From an uncultured Planctomycetota bacterium (lineage in GTDB: Bacteria; Planctomycetota; Planctomycetia; Isosphaerales; Isosphaeraceae), in contig CAWGMQ010000008.1 in assembly GCA_963823665.1 (NCBI GenBank), forward strand, positions 1,728,001-1,792,000: a stretch of DNA of 64,000 nt, given 5' to 3'. Position numbers and translations under genes: made by a program. Shown one piece after another: positions 1 to 9,978 of this stretch (its first letter is position 1; each line of letters starts with the position of its first letter). The notes under the pieces were generated by a model, which worked only from the letters and a program-made list of their open reading frames with translations, did not search any database and had not been told where the DNA came from.

Positions 1-2667
1 AGCAGCGGCGGCCAGGGACGAGCCGCAGGCGGCGTCGACAGTGTAGTTGGAGCCACCCAGATTCAAACGGTTGGCGATCCGGCCGGCGGTGACGTTGAGG
101 AGGAAGCCGGGGAACGCGTCCTCGGTCCAGTCCGGAAGCAAGCCCTGGCAGGACTGCAAGGCCTGGCGGCCGGCTTCGGGCAGGACCGTGTCGAGCATGG
201 GGAGGTACGAGCGGAAAGCGTAGCCCATGGCGAGCTGGGCGGCACCGCCGCCCATGCCGAGCACCACGCTGGTTTGCTCGCGGGGGAACGGACGCTCGGC
301 GTAGCCGGCATCGGCGAGAGCCGTGCGAACGACCTCGAGCGCGATCAACTGGGCGGGCTCGATCGATGGGAGGCTCGAGGGGGGCATGCCGTATCGAATG
401 GGATCGAAAGGGATGTCAGGGAGGAACCCGCCCCACTTCGAGATGATCTTGTCGGGAGCCTTGGGATCCGCGTCGTAATAGAGCCGCCAGTTCCATTTGT
501 CGGGTGGGATTTCGGTGATGGCATCAACGCCCTGAAGCGTATTGGACCAGAACCGGGAGGCGCTGGCCGCGCCCGGCATCACCGCGGCCATGCCGATGAT
601 GGCAATGTCGGATGGCTCGGGCGAGGGCCTGGGAGCCGGGGGAACAGCCGTCGCACGGGCGCAGGCCTGATCAACGAGATCGTTGCTCGAGGCTGAGAGC
701 TCGTGGTGCAGGTTGGCCATGGTGGTCGTCTCGCTGCGCAGCGCGGCGACCTGGCCGAGCATGTAAAGGCCGTTGGCTTCCTGGTAGTCATCGCCGACGG
801 ACTCGAGTGCCGATTCGCTGGCGAGAGAACGGTCGAGCCCCTTGGTCGCGACCCGGAGGCGGCCGACGTTCAAGCTCTCGAGGGCGTCGCGGATGGCCTC
901 GGTGGAGAGGCTTTCGGCGTGGAGGCGGGCACGTTCTTGCTCGAACCGGCGAGCGAAGGGAGTGGGGCTGACGCGTACCTGGTGACCGGGTCCGGATTCG
1001 AGCAGGACGGTCGATTCGCAGCGGAGGACTTCATCCTGGAAGCGAGGAACGATGGCGCCGGTCGCGACGGCCTCCTGGGTGAAAAGATAGGCGGTGCCGA
1101 CCAAGATTCCGATTTTTGCGCCGCGGGCGGCGAGCGGACCGGCGAGCGCAGCGACGAGTGCAGCGGAGCGAGCGTCGTGGATTCCGCCGGCAAAGACGAG
1201 GCTGATGGAATCAGCGGTTATTCCCCGGTCGAGGGCTTCGGTGACCGTGGCGAGGGCCTGTTCCCAGAGAACGAAGCTGGACCTGGGCCCCACGTGGCCA
1301 CCGCACTCGCGGCCCTCGAGGACGAAGCGGCGGGAACCGTGGCGGAGGTACTGGTCGAGCAGGCCTGGGGACGGCGCGTGCAGATAGGTGATGATGCCGT
1401 CGCCCTCGAGTGCCGCGGCCTGGTCGGGTCGCCCGCCGGCGATCAAGGCGAATGGGGGTTTGACGGCGCGAACCGCGGCAAGCTGCTCGGCGCGTAGTTC
1501 GGGGGGCACGAAGCCGAGAATGCCGACGCCCCAGGGGCGTGCGCCGAGAGAGCGCGACGTTTCGCGCAACAGGCTCTGCACTTCTGGTTCGCGCAATAGC
1601 GCCAGGGCGAGGAAGGGGAGCGCGCCTTCCTGCGCGACCGCCTGAGCGAAGGCGGCAACGTCGCTGACGCGGGTCATCGGTCCCTGGAGGATCGGATAAC
1701 GCGTGCCGTGATCGGCGGCCAGCGGAGAGCCTTCGGCGAGCGGGCGGGCGGCACGAGCGCTTGCCAGCCCGTCGGTGATGGCTCGCTCGACGGCCTGGAC
1801 GACTCCGCCGGTCGTGACAAACTTTCGGGACAATCGCTCGGCGAAGGCGATGTCCTGGCCTACGGGAGCGCACTGGGCGTCACTCCAGCCGACGTGGCGC
1901 TCGACCGCTTCGGCCCAGGCAGGTGCGCCCTGGCCGGCGGCGGCCCTCAAGCCTGCGAGCGCTTCAGAACCCAAGGGGGCGAAGACGCTTATGCTTGCGC
2001 CTGAGGGCGGCGCGATCACCGCGGTTTCACTGCCGTCGCTGCGGGCGATACGCTCGCGCCAGACCGGGGAGATGGGTGACTCGCGCGTCAGGAGCAAAGC
2101 GCCGTCGAGGACGACCCCGCTTGCTCCCGCGGCGATGCACCCGGCCGCCACGCTGGGGCCGATTCCTCCGCGCACCCAGACCGGCAAGTCGCTTTCCGCC
2201 AGGACGCCCTGTAACAGGACGAAGGAAGACTCGGCGCCGCACCACCCGCCGGACTCGTGGCCGGAGAGAATCAAGGCGTCAAAGCCGGCCGAGCGGGCGA
2301 GCGTGGCCTCGGCGCGGGAAGTCACCTCCGCGATTGCGATCCGATTCGCCGCCCGGATGACGCCAGCCACCTGAAGCAGTCGATCCGCCTCGGCCAAAAG
2401 GACGGGTATACAAATGACGTCCGGGGAGGCTGGGCCGAACTGAAGTGCGGTTCCGGGAAGGACGTCGCGCGGCTGGATTCGGACGCCGAACGGGCGCGCC
2501 GTTCGCACTCTCATGCTATGGAAGGCTTCTTGCGGATCTCGAAATTCACCGAAGCTAAAATCGACGATCCCGAGAGCATCCGCGCGTGAGGCCGCCGCTG
2601 CGATCGCCAAGCCTTCGATCCCGATTGGTGCCAGGGCGAATACGCGAGGAAGGCTGTTACTGGTCAC
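1..2667 (-). CDS. Type I polyketide synthase / PfaA-like secondary lipid synthase, 5' part (two FabK/nitronate-monooxygenase-like domains followed by a KS domain); runs off the window start
   Basis: Manual translation of the - strand (absent from the ORF track because there is no stop in the window). GTG at 2667 follows GGGAG. FabK-like motifs GNEAGGWCG and EGRECGGHVGPR; KS motifs IAIVGMA, KWGGFL and GRIANRLNLGGSNYTVDAACGSSL (active-site Cys). Confidence 0.9.
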   Translation of the reverse strand, partial: MTSNSLPRVFALAPIGIEGLAIAAAASRADALGIVDFSFGEFRDPQEAFHSMRVRTARPFGVRIQPRDVLPGTALQFGPASPDVICIPVLLAEADRLLQVAGVIRAANRIAIAEVTSRAEATLARSAGFDALILSGHESGGWCGAESSFVLLQGVLAESDLPVWVRGGIGPSVAAGCIAAGASGVVLDGALLLTRESPISPVWRERIARSDGSETAVIAPPSGASISVFAPLGSEALAGLRAAAGQGAPAWAEAVERHVGWSDAQCAPVGQDIAFAERLSRKFVTTGGVVQAVERAITDGLASARAARPLAEGSPLAADHGTRYPILQGPMTRVSDVAAFAQAVAQEGALPFLALALLREPEVQSLLRETSRSLGARPWGVGILGFVPPELRAEQLAAVRAVKPPFALIAGGRPDQAAALEGDGIITYLHAPSPGLLDQYLRHGSRRFVLEGRECGGHVGPRSSFVLWEQALATVTEALDRGITADSISLVFAGGIHDARSAALVAALAGPLAARGAKIGILVGTAYLFTQEAVATGAIVPRFQDEVLRCESTVLLESGPGHQVRVSPTPFARRFEQERARLHAESLSTEAIRDALESLNVGRLRVATKGLDRSLASESALESVGDDYQEANGLYMLGQVAALRSETTTMANLHHELSASSNDLVDQACARATAVPPAPRPSPEPSDIAIIGMAAVMPGAASASRFWSNTLQGVDAITEIPPDKWNWRLYYDADPKAPDKIISKWGGFLPDIPFDPIRYGMPPSSLPSIEPAQLIALEVVRTALADAGYAERPFPREQTSVVLGMGGGAAQLAMGYAFRSYLPMLDTVLPEAGRQALQSCQGLLPDWTEDAFPGFLLNVTAGRIANRLNLGGSNYTVDAACGSSLAAAA

Positions 2668-2932
2668 CGATGTGTGCTCCCAAGTTGCCGTAATCTGATG
2701 GAACTATAACTGACGGATGTAACTATGGAAGATGGGTGAGAATACCATAACAGGGTTGTGCGAGGTTTGTGCAGACCTGGCGGAGTTTGACGGTCTGGTG
2801 GGACGGACGGGGCCTGCAGGTTGAAGCGAATCTGCCGATGAGCTTTATCGCCAATCGTGGTAGAGTCGCGGTCGTTGGAGCTTTTGAGAAGGATGTCTCA
2901 TGGCTTCTAAGCCTCTGTCTGGGGAGGGATAC

Positions 2933-3976
2933 ATGCTGGTGGGCGAACGACGGATCTCTCGGCCCAAGCGGGTTTTGTACGTTGCAATTCTGATACCTCT
3001 TCTCGGAGCGGCCAGCACGGCGAAAGAGATCACGGGCCCTTCGGCAGGTGCTCTTGCGCTCGCCACCTTGGCGGCCGGGAATATGCAGACCAAATTGGTG
3101 TATCTGCAACCCGGACTGCTAATTGGAGACAAACCGCCAGAGGGGTGGAGTCACCTCGTGGTGAAGTCTCTGCCACGCCTTGCCTCCGGCGACAAGGATA
3201 GTTTACCGAAGGGGGCTGCGAAAACGGCAGCTTATTTCCGGACGGTGATTCTGGCGAATGTGAAGCCCGTGGACGTCGACGAGAAGGAATTCGAGCTAAC
3301 TCAAATTGGAGTAGGAATTTGCGTTCCTCAAAAGGGCCAAAACAAGGAGATTGTGGTTAACGCCGACCGTCAGGAAGCGCTTGGGCTTCATCTTTCGTGG
3401 GTCGAAAAGAAGACGCTCGACGCGATCGAGGCTGGAATGGCAAAGGGCAAGATCATCGCCACGACGCCGACCTTCGCGCTCTTTCGCTCACCGGCGACGG
3501 TGGTTGCCGCGGGTGATGAGCACCGGGAGGTCAACTTAAATTATGCATTCTGCGTCGACCGCGGAACGGGCAAGCTGCAGGTCGGGCTCTGGACTTCGGC
3601 GCTCGAGGCCGCGCAAACACGTTCACCCCAAACCATGTTGCGGCTGAACTCGAACCCGATTTTCGACTGCAAGATGGATGTGCAGACAACGAAGGTTTTT
3701 GGGGTGACGGTTCCGGGCACGTGGTCGTTCGCGATGAGCGTGTTGCCGCCCGGGAAGCCAGTCGCCGTTCCGAAAGACCTGGGCGAGATGATCGTCAAGA
3801 CCTCGCGAAGGCCGAACGAAGCCGACGCTGAAGCGCTCGAAGAGGCCTTGGATCAAGTACTTCTGACTGTTGCGGAGCCGGAGAAGATGCCGGAATCGGA
3901 CAAGAGCGTGCGGAGGACGGCGATTCCGCCGCCGTTACGGCGGGTGGCGCGGGGGACGGATACGGAAGAGAAGTAA
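2933..3976 (+). CDS. Hypothetical exported protein
   Basis: Long ORF; ATG 2933 after GGGAGGG; N-terminal hydrophobic signal-like segment; divergent from the PKS. Confidence 0.7.
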   Translation: MLVGERRISRPKRVLYVAILIPLLGAASTAKEITGPSAGALALATLAAGNMQTKLVYLQPGLLIGDKPPEGWSHLVVKSLPRLASGDKDSLPKGAAKTAAYFRTVILANVKPVDVDEKEFELTQIGVGICVPQKGQNKEIVVNADRQEALGLHLSWVEKKTLDAIEAGMAKGKIIATTPTFALFRSPATVVAAGDEHREVNLNYAFCVDRGTGKLQVGLWTSALEAAQTRSPQTMLRLNSNPIFDCKMDVQTTKVFGVTVPGTWSFAMSVLPPGKPVAVPKDLGEMIVKTSRRPNEADAEALEEALDQVLLTVAEPEKMPESDKSVRRTAIPPPLRRVARGTDTEEK

Positions 3977-4327
3977 GTGCGTTGCAAGCACTTGAGGCGA
4001 AGGCCAGCACTTCTTGACCAGACATGGGTCGGGAGGACTGGCCGTTTTTTATTGAATGGGATCTGGATTGTCGTGTTTTGAACAATTTGCTGAGAGCGAG
4101 GCGCCCGAAACTGGGGTTCAGGTGGGACCGGGCAACTGGGAAAGACGATTGGGTTGGGTTGCTCGAGGAGTTCCGGTATTCTGCGGCGGTCTTTTGGGGA
4201 GCCGATGGTGCCTGTGAGTTGACGGTAGTCATCTGGGATTCAGAGAAACTTGGAGGGTTCGGGCCGGCGGGCGGCATAGACATCATTGTGGTGGCAACCC
4301 AACTCGAGGCGCCCTGATACGGCGAAG

Positions 4328-6556
4328 ATGATGTTGTCTGAGGTATCGGAAGACCTGCAGACGCTGTTCGGGGCGGGAGCATTCGGGCCGCTCTCGGACG
4401 CTGAGCTACTAGCGCGGTTTAACACCCGGGACGAGGCGGTCGGATCCGAGGCAGCGTTCTCGGAGCTTGTGGCACGGCACGCTTCGATGGTGATGGGTGT
4501 TTGCACCCGTATGGTACCCGACTCGCAGGGCGCCGCCGATGCGTTCCAGGCGGTGTTTCTCGTGCTGGTGCGCAAGGCTTCCGTGGTGCGCGTTGAGGAT
4601 TCACTCGGGCGGTGGCTCTATGGTGTGAGCGTGAGGGTGGCGCGGCGAGCGCGGCGGCGTGCGGCTTTGGCGCGAACGCGAGAGAAGGGTCTCGAAGGAT
4701 TCGACCGTGCCGGCGGGGCTTTGCCAGCGGAGGAGTGCGAGCGCGGCGAGCTTCGTTCTGTGATCGACGAAGAAATCGCCCGACTGCCCAGCCGGTTTCG
4801 TGCGGCCGTCGAGTTTTGTTACCTGGAAGGGCTGACGCAAGAGCAGGCCGCGCGTCGGTTGCGTTGCCCGATCCGGACGGTGGAGAGCCGCTTGCAGCGG
4901 GCGAAGGAACGCTTGCGATCGAGGCTCGAGCGGCGTGGGGTTGCGCCGCTGGGCGGAGTCGCGGCGTGGTTATCGGGCGAGACCGCACGGGCGCACGTGC
5001 CACGCCGCCTTGCTGCGGAGACGATCGCCGCGGCCATTCATAGTGCCAAGAACAAGGCCGTCGGGAGCGTGGTTCCGGCAGCCGTATCGTCGCTGGTCCA
5101 TGAGACAATCTGGAGCATGATGATGATGAAGGCGTGGCAGATCGCGTTGGTGCTGCTGGCAATCGGACTTCCCGGTGCCGGAGCGGTCGCTTTGCAGCGA
5201 GCAGACAATGACGCAACGGCCCCTGCTTCCAAGACACCAACTGTTCCCGGGAGCGGCGCCCGAACCGAGCCGTCGATGGCCGACAGATTCGCGAGGATTC
5301 TCGCCGAGTACTACGCGAAGCAAGAAGCCATTTCGCAAGCGCTACAAAAGGTAACGACCCAGCGCGAGGTGAACGAAGTCTACGCGAAGATGTCACCCGA
5401 CGAGGAGGCTTTCACGCGACGGATGATCGATCTGGCGAATCAAGCCCCTGACCACCCGGTAGCGCGTGACGCTTTGATCTGGGTCGTCAACAAGCGGGGC
5501 ATGTTTGACGTTGGGGAGTATGGCGATGAGTTTGCGCGAGCGGCGGCGCTTCTTGTACGGCATCACGGCAACGACCCCGAGGCTGTCCGGATCGGGCTGG
5601 TGCTCGACAACATTGTGTCGCACCATCACGATGCGCTGTTGTTCGGCTTTTACGCGGCGGCGAAGGGGCACGAAGCGAAGGGGCTGGCTCGTCTGGCGTT
5701 GGCACAATACCTCGAAGAGCAAGCGATGTTCGCCCTGGCCAGTCAACAGTTACCGGGCCGGCAGAAAAAGAGATTCGTCGGGGTGATGGGCGACGACGGC
5801 AAGCTCGTTGATAAAGAGGTGGAACAGAGCGACGAGGAATACTCGTACATCCTGCAGCTTCGCACGCGCGACGCCGGCGAGATCCGAGCGCTTGCCGAGC
5901 GGCTCTACAGGGAGGTGGTCGCCGAGTACGGCGATGTGGTTTATCGTACCGTCGAGCATCGCGAGCTGGAGGCCGTCCTGGCGAGTGAGGAACCCCGGTG
6001 GAGAGGCAAGCTCTTGACCGAGGACGAGCTTGGCAAAATCAGGGCACTTGTCGGCAGCAAGCAAACGCTCGCCGAGGCGGCCCGTGCTCGGCTCGACAAC
6101 ATGCAAAACCTGATCGAGGGTAAGCCGGCTCCCGAGATTGACGGTGTCGATTTGCATGGGAAGCCATTCAAGCTCTCCGATTACCGCGGCAAAGTCGTTG
6201 TGCTGGTCTTCTGGGGCACCTGGTGCGGGCCGTGTATGCGAGAACTTCCTCACGAGCGCGCGCTGGCCGAGCGACTGAAGGACAAGCCGTTTGCCGTGCT
6301 CGGCGTGAATTGCGACGACGATAAGGAAGCGGCGGTGAGTGCGACCAAGTCAGAGCGGATTAGCTGGCCGAACTGGCACGACGGGGCGCCAGGCGCGGGT
6401 CCGATTGCCAAGCGGTACCACATTCGGAGTTTCCCGACGCTGTTCGTCATCGATGCGCAGGGAATCATCCGGCACAAGGAGATCCTGGGCGAGGGGCTTG
6501 ATAAGGCGGTTGATCAGTTATTGAACGAGACACAGCCTGGGTCCGGGGGAGGCTGA
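4328..6556 (+). CDS. ECF sigma-70 factor with TM helix and C-terminal TlpA/redoxin (thioredoxin-like) domain
   Basis: Sigma region 2 (AADAFQAVFLVLVRKA, LGRWLYGV), region 4 (EGLTQEQAARRLRCPIRTVESRLQRA), TM segment WQIALVLLAIGL, then KLSDYRGKVVVLVFWGTWCGPC. Start chosen at ATG 4328. Confidence 0.9.
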   Translation: MMLSEVSEDLQTLFGAGAFGPLSDAELLARFNTRDEAVGSEAAFSELVARHASMVMGVCTRMVPDSQGAADAFQAVFLVLVRKASVVRVEDSLGRWLYGVSVRVARRARRRAALARTREKGLEGFDRAGGALPAEECERGELRSVIDEEIARLPSRFRAAVEFCYLEGLTQEQAARRLRCPIRTVESRLQRAKERLRSRLERRGVAPLGGVAAWLSGETARAHVPRRLAAETIAAAIHSAKNKAVGSVVPAAVSSLVHETIWSMMMMKAWQIALVLLAIGLPGAGAVALQRADNDATAPASKTPTVPGSGARTEPSMADRFARILAEYYAKQEAISQALQKVTTQREVNEVYAKMSPDEEAFTRRMIDLANQAPDHPVARDALIWVVNKRGMFDVGEYGDEFARAAALLVRHHGNDPEAVRIGLVLDNIVSHHHDALLFGFYAAAKGHEAKGLARLALAQYLEEQAMFALASQQLPGRQKKRFVGVMGDDGKLVDKEVEQSDEEYSYILQLRTRDAGEIRALAERLYREVVAEYGDVVYRTVEHRELEAVLASEEPRWRGKLLTEDELGKIRALVGSKQTLAEAARARLDNMQNLIEGKPAPEIDGVDLHGKPFKLSDYRGKVVVLVFWGTWCGPCMRELPHERALAERLKDKPFAVLGVNCDDDKEAAVSATKSERISWPNWHDGAPGAGPIAKRYHIRSFPTLFVIDAQGIIRHKEILGEGLDKAVDQLLNETQPGSGGG

Positions 6557-6791
6557 TCGTCAGGATGACAACAGACGGATGCGCGCGCCCCGGCCCGTTA
6601 TTCGGCACTGGGCTTTGGCTCGGCCGGGGAATCCCTCGGGTTCTTTGGAGCTGACGAAGCAGGTGCGCCGGGCGACCCGGCGCGTGACAGGGGCGGCAGG
6701 TCATGGATGATTGGCGGCGGATCATCGCGCCGGAGGATGAATCGCTTGAGGACGGTCACCACGCAAGCGCGTGATGGCGAGGAGATTTCTG

Positions 6792-7358
6792 TTACTTTGT
6801 GCTGCCGGGTTCCGAAAGGTCGGCGAACCGGTATTCCAAACGCAGCAGAGACTCCTGAATCTGAAGCGATGCCTGCTGGACGCTGGTGCAGACCATCATT
6901 ACTCCGGCGGCGATCAGGATCACGAGCCCGCAGAAGAGGCAGAGAAGGGCGTGGAAGTGATCGGGGAATGCGGGCGCCAGGAGAAGGAAACAGGTTTCCA
7001 GCAGCACAGCGAAGATCCAGGAGAGGGCCGCGATTGCTGCCGGCTGGGTCCGCAGCGGCAGGCTACCCCTGCGCAGCGGCCACGCGGACAGGCCGGCCCA
7101 GGCGAGGGAGAAGAGCACTCCGCCGCCGAGTCCGATGCGGGCCAAGAGCGGTAGTTTATCCTGGATCAGTGCGTTTGCGCCCAGGAAAATCGCGATGGCG
7201 ACTGAAGCGACAGATACCAGACCGAGGAACACTTTCATCGGTAGTGGGAGTTTCTTCTCCAACATGTCTTGCAACTCCTTGTTGTACCGCTCGCGAAGGA
7301 GCGGGTTTTGGGGTTCCAGATCACACAAGCGATCACGCAGAGTCGGGTCGAAGGCCAC
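6792..7358 (-). CDS. Putative anti-sigma membrane protein (4 TM)
   Basis: Four hydrophobic segments; starts 3 nt after the stop of the ECF sigma gene. Confidence 0.7.
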   Translation of the reverse strand: MAFDPTLRDRLCDLEPQNPLLRERYNKELQDMLEKKLPLPMKVFLGLVSVASVAIAIFLGANALIQDKLPLLARIGLGGGVLFSLAWAGLSAWPLRRGSLPLRTQPAAIAALSWIFAVLLETCFLLLAPAFPDHFHALLCLFCGLVILIAAGVMMVCTSVQQASLQIQESLLRLEYRFADLSEPGSTK

Positions 7359-7361
7359 GGT

Positions 7362-7910
7362 TTATTCCTCCTTCCCCAGAAGGTCGCGCAGCGCCTTCTT
7401 GGCGTGATACATCCTGGACTTGACGGTCCCCGCCGGGATGTCCAGGACCTGCGCGATCTCGTCGACGGAAAAACCCTCGAGAAAGAAAAGGGTCAGCACC
7501 TCGCGGTGGGGCACGGGAAGTTGCACCAGCCCGCGGTGGAGGACTTCGGCGTTTTCGAACTCCTCCGGGCCGGGCGCCTCGTCGGCGGGCGGGAGCATCT
7601 GGTAGTTCTTGAGGAACCGCTGGTAAGTGGCCCGGAGCTGGCCGTGATTGAACGCAGCGTGACGGGCGACACGATAGAGCCAGGGACCCAAGCTGGCCGG
7701 CTCGCGCAGCGCGGCGATTCCGGACAGGACGCGGAGCCAAGTTTGCTGGAGGATGTCCCAGGCGTCTTGCTCGTCATCCACCAAGCGACGGATGAAATAG
7801 AGCAGCCGTTTTTCCCAGCAATGAACCAGCTCCTCGAGCGCGGCCTTGTCGCCGCGGCGGCAACGCAGGACCAAAAGCTCTTGATAAATCGCTGCCGCTG
7901 TGCGCCGCAC
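7362..7910 (-). CDS. ECF RNA polymerase sigma factor
   Basis: LVLRCRRGDKAALEELV, DAWDILQQTW, EGFSVDEIAQVLDIPAGTVKSRMYHA. GTG 7910 with GGGAGGGAG RBS. Confidence 0.9.
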   Translation of the reverse strand: MRRTAAAIYQELLVLRCRRGDKAALEELVHCWEKRLLYFIRRLVDDEQDAWDILQQTWLRVLSGIAALREPASLGPWLYRVARHAAFNHGQLRATYQRFLKNYQMLPPADEAPGPEEFENAEVLHRGLVQLPVPHREVLTLFFLEGFSVDEIAQVLDIPAGTVKSRMYHAKKALRDLLGKEE

Positions 7911-8014
7911 GAGTGTTCTCCCTCCCGGCTTCAAGCATATAGACCGGGCTACGGGCACAGCGGTTCAAATTCCGTGGAAGCTTCGGCCTCCTGGGAACGT
8001 GCGTTCAACGTCCA

Positions 8015-8551
8015 CTAGCGCGATTGGCGGCCGGCGTAGACTGTGGCGGCGCGGCTGCCGTGGTCGGGGTGCTCGTCATCGAGCGGGAGCTCTTCGATCA
8101 GCTCGGTGTCTGATGCGGTGTGAAAGGAGACGACGGCCCAATCGACGTCGCCCATCACGGGGCGGTGCCAGACGTTGGTTGGAATCGTCAGCCAACGGTT
8201 TTCCAGCGGCTGCTCGGTTTCACTTCGCAGCACGTTGGAAACCCAGTGCCCGCCGTCCCAGGTTTGCATGTCGGCCCATCCTTGGTAGGACATGACGCGC
8301 TGGATGCTGTTGGGATGACGCTCGGCGCCCGAGGAACAACCGGCACGCAAGACGAAGACCCAGCTCGAGGCGATGCCGTCTGGCAGATGGTCGTAGATTT
8401 CGAGCGGGACAGTGCGCCAGGCGAGGCGCGAGGCGGGATCGCGCTTCAGGAGAGCACCAACCTCGGCGGTGAGGGCGGAGAGTAACGATGAGGCGCGTTC
8501 GGCGCGGATTGCGCGGTCTAACGATTCGACGATGGCTTGTTCGGAGTTCAC
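8015..8551 (-). CDS. Hypothetical cupin-like protein
   Basis: ERHPNSIQ and TIPTNVWHRP motifs resemble cupin motifs 1 and 2; co-oriented with neighbours. Confidence 0.55.
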   Translation of the reverse strand: MNSEQAIVESLDRAIRAERASSLLSALTAEVGALLKRDPASRLAWRTVPLEIYDHLPDGIASSWVFVLRAGCSSGAERHPNSIQRVMSYQGWADMQTWDGGHWVSNVLRSETEQPLENRWLTIPTNVWHRPVMGDVDWAVVSFHTASDTELIEELPLDDEHPDHGSRAATVYAGRQSR

Positions 8552-8576
8552 GGTTGTTCTCCCGATCGCGATTCGT

Positions 8577-9236
8577 TCATGCGTCTGGCTCCCAGAGGCG
8601 CGTGCGGAAATACTCCTTCCAGCTCTCGGGGAGGATCGATGACCGGGTCGCGCGGCGAAGAAGATCCTGGTTCTCCGAATCGACGGTGTAAAGGTTCACG
8701 ACTTCGGCGACGGTCAGGCTCTCATCGGGACGGGCAAGGAGCTCGATGGCGTCGCCCTCGCCGACTTCGCCCTGGCGCGTGACGGCGAAGTAGAAGCCGG
8801 AGCGGCCGCTCTGGAGGAATCGCTTGACGATATCGGGACGGCCGAAGCGGAGGCCGAGCTTGTAACAGGGCATGCGCGGCTGGGTGATGACGAATTCGGC
8901 GGACCCAATCCGGAAGCGGCTGCCGATCCGCATCTCGGATTCGAGCAGGCCTTCGGTGGTGAGATTTTCGCCGAAGACTCCGATCGGAAGGTCGGCCTCG
9001 GGAAGCTCGTTTCGCCAGTACTCGTAGTGCTCGGACGGGTAGGCGTAGACAGCCTTGTCGACGCCGCCGTGCACCGTCAGGTCAGATTGCTGGTCGCCTT
9101 CGAAGTTGAGCGTGCTCACGCGAAGCCGGCGATTGACCGGCGTCTTAAAAATGGAGGTGAGGACCGTTCGTCCGCGCCATTGGATCTCTTGCGGGAGCCC
9201 GACGTTTAACGAGATGACTCTCACTTTCGGCTCCAT
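8577..9236 (-). CDS. MOSC domain protein (YiiM-like, with 3-alpha domain)
   Basis: GDQQSDLTVHGGVDKAVYAY, FGENLT, TQPRMPCYKL, SGRSGFYF. Confidence 0.9.
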   Translation of the reverse strand: MEPKVRVISLNVGLPQEIQWRGRTVLTSIFKTPVNRRLRVSTLNFEGDQQSDLTVHGGVDKAVYAYPSEHYEYWRNELPEADLPIGVFGENLTTEGLLESEMRIGSRFRIGSAEFVITQPRMPCYKLGLRFGRPDIVKRFLQSGRSGFYFAVTRQGEVGEGDAIELLARPDESLTVAEVVNLYTVDSENQDLLRRATRSSILPESWKEYFRTRLWEPDA

Positions 9237-9431
9237 TTGGAATGCCGCGAAAGGCTACAACTGCTCGAGATTGGGCTGCTCGTCCTGGATCGTGTGAATT
9301 GACTGCGGCAGATTGTTGCGCTGGTCCATCCTATCCGGCCGCATGTCAACCGGCTACGCTGGGTTGGCCTGAAAGGGGGGGGAACGGAGGTTACGAACGG
9401 GACCTCCCAGGGCGATTTCCACCGGTTTCTC

Positions 9432-9935
9432 ATGGAGATGATCATGACTGCGGATGCGCTTACCCCGAACCCATCGACGGTGATCGCTCCTCCGTTCACG
9501 CTTGAGACGGCCACGCTCAAGGTGCGGTCGGCCGAGGATGGATGGAACTCGCGCGACCCGAACCGCGTGGCCCTGGCGTACAGCGAGGACTCCGTGTGGC
9601 GGAATCGCAGCGAGTTCGTGACCGGCCGCGACGCGATCCGGGCTTTTCTGAGGGGCAAATGGGAGCGGGAGCTTGATTACCGACTCTGCAAGGCCCTTTG
9701 GGCCTTCACGGACAATCGGATCGCAGTGCGGTTCCAGTACGAGTGGCATGATGCGGACGGCCGCTGGCACCGGAGCTACGGCAACGAGCTGTGGGAGTTC
9801 GACGAACGCGGACTCATGCGTCGCCGCGAAGCCAGCATCAACGATGTCGCGATCGCGCCGAGTGATCGCAGGTTCTTCTGGCCGGCGCCTGGGCCGCGAC
9901 CGGCAGATCACCCGGGTATTGCGGACGTCAAGTGA
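9432..9935 (+). CDS. DUF1348 / NTF2-like (SnoaL-like) protein
   Basis: [55 protein letters not shown]. Confidence 0.9.
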   Translation: MEMIMTADALTPNPSTVIAPPFTLETATLKVRSAEDGWNSRDPNRVALAYSEDSVWRNRSEFVTGRDAIRAFLRGKWERELDYRLCKALWAFTDNRIAVRFQYEWHDADGRWHRSYGNELWEFDERGLMRRREASINDVAIAPSDRRFFWPAPGPRPADHPGIADVK

Positions 9936-9978
9936 CCTCCGCCGGGCGTTTTCCCAATTGGGAGTCAGGCCTGGAACG

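Noticed and set aside
274..2589. Long + strand ORFs (274-696, 703-1497, 1775-2374, 2257-2589)
   Set aside because: Antisense shadows of the PKS.
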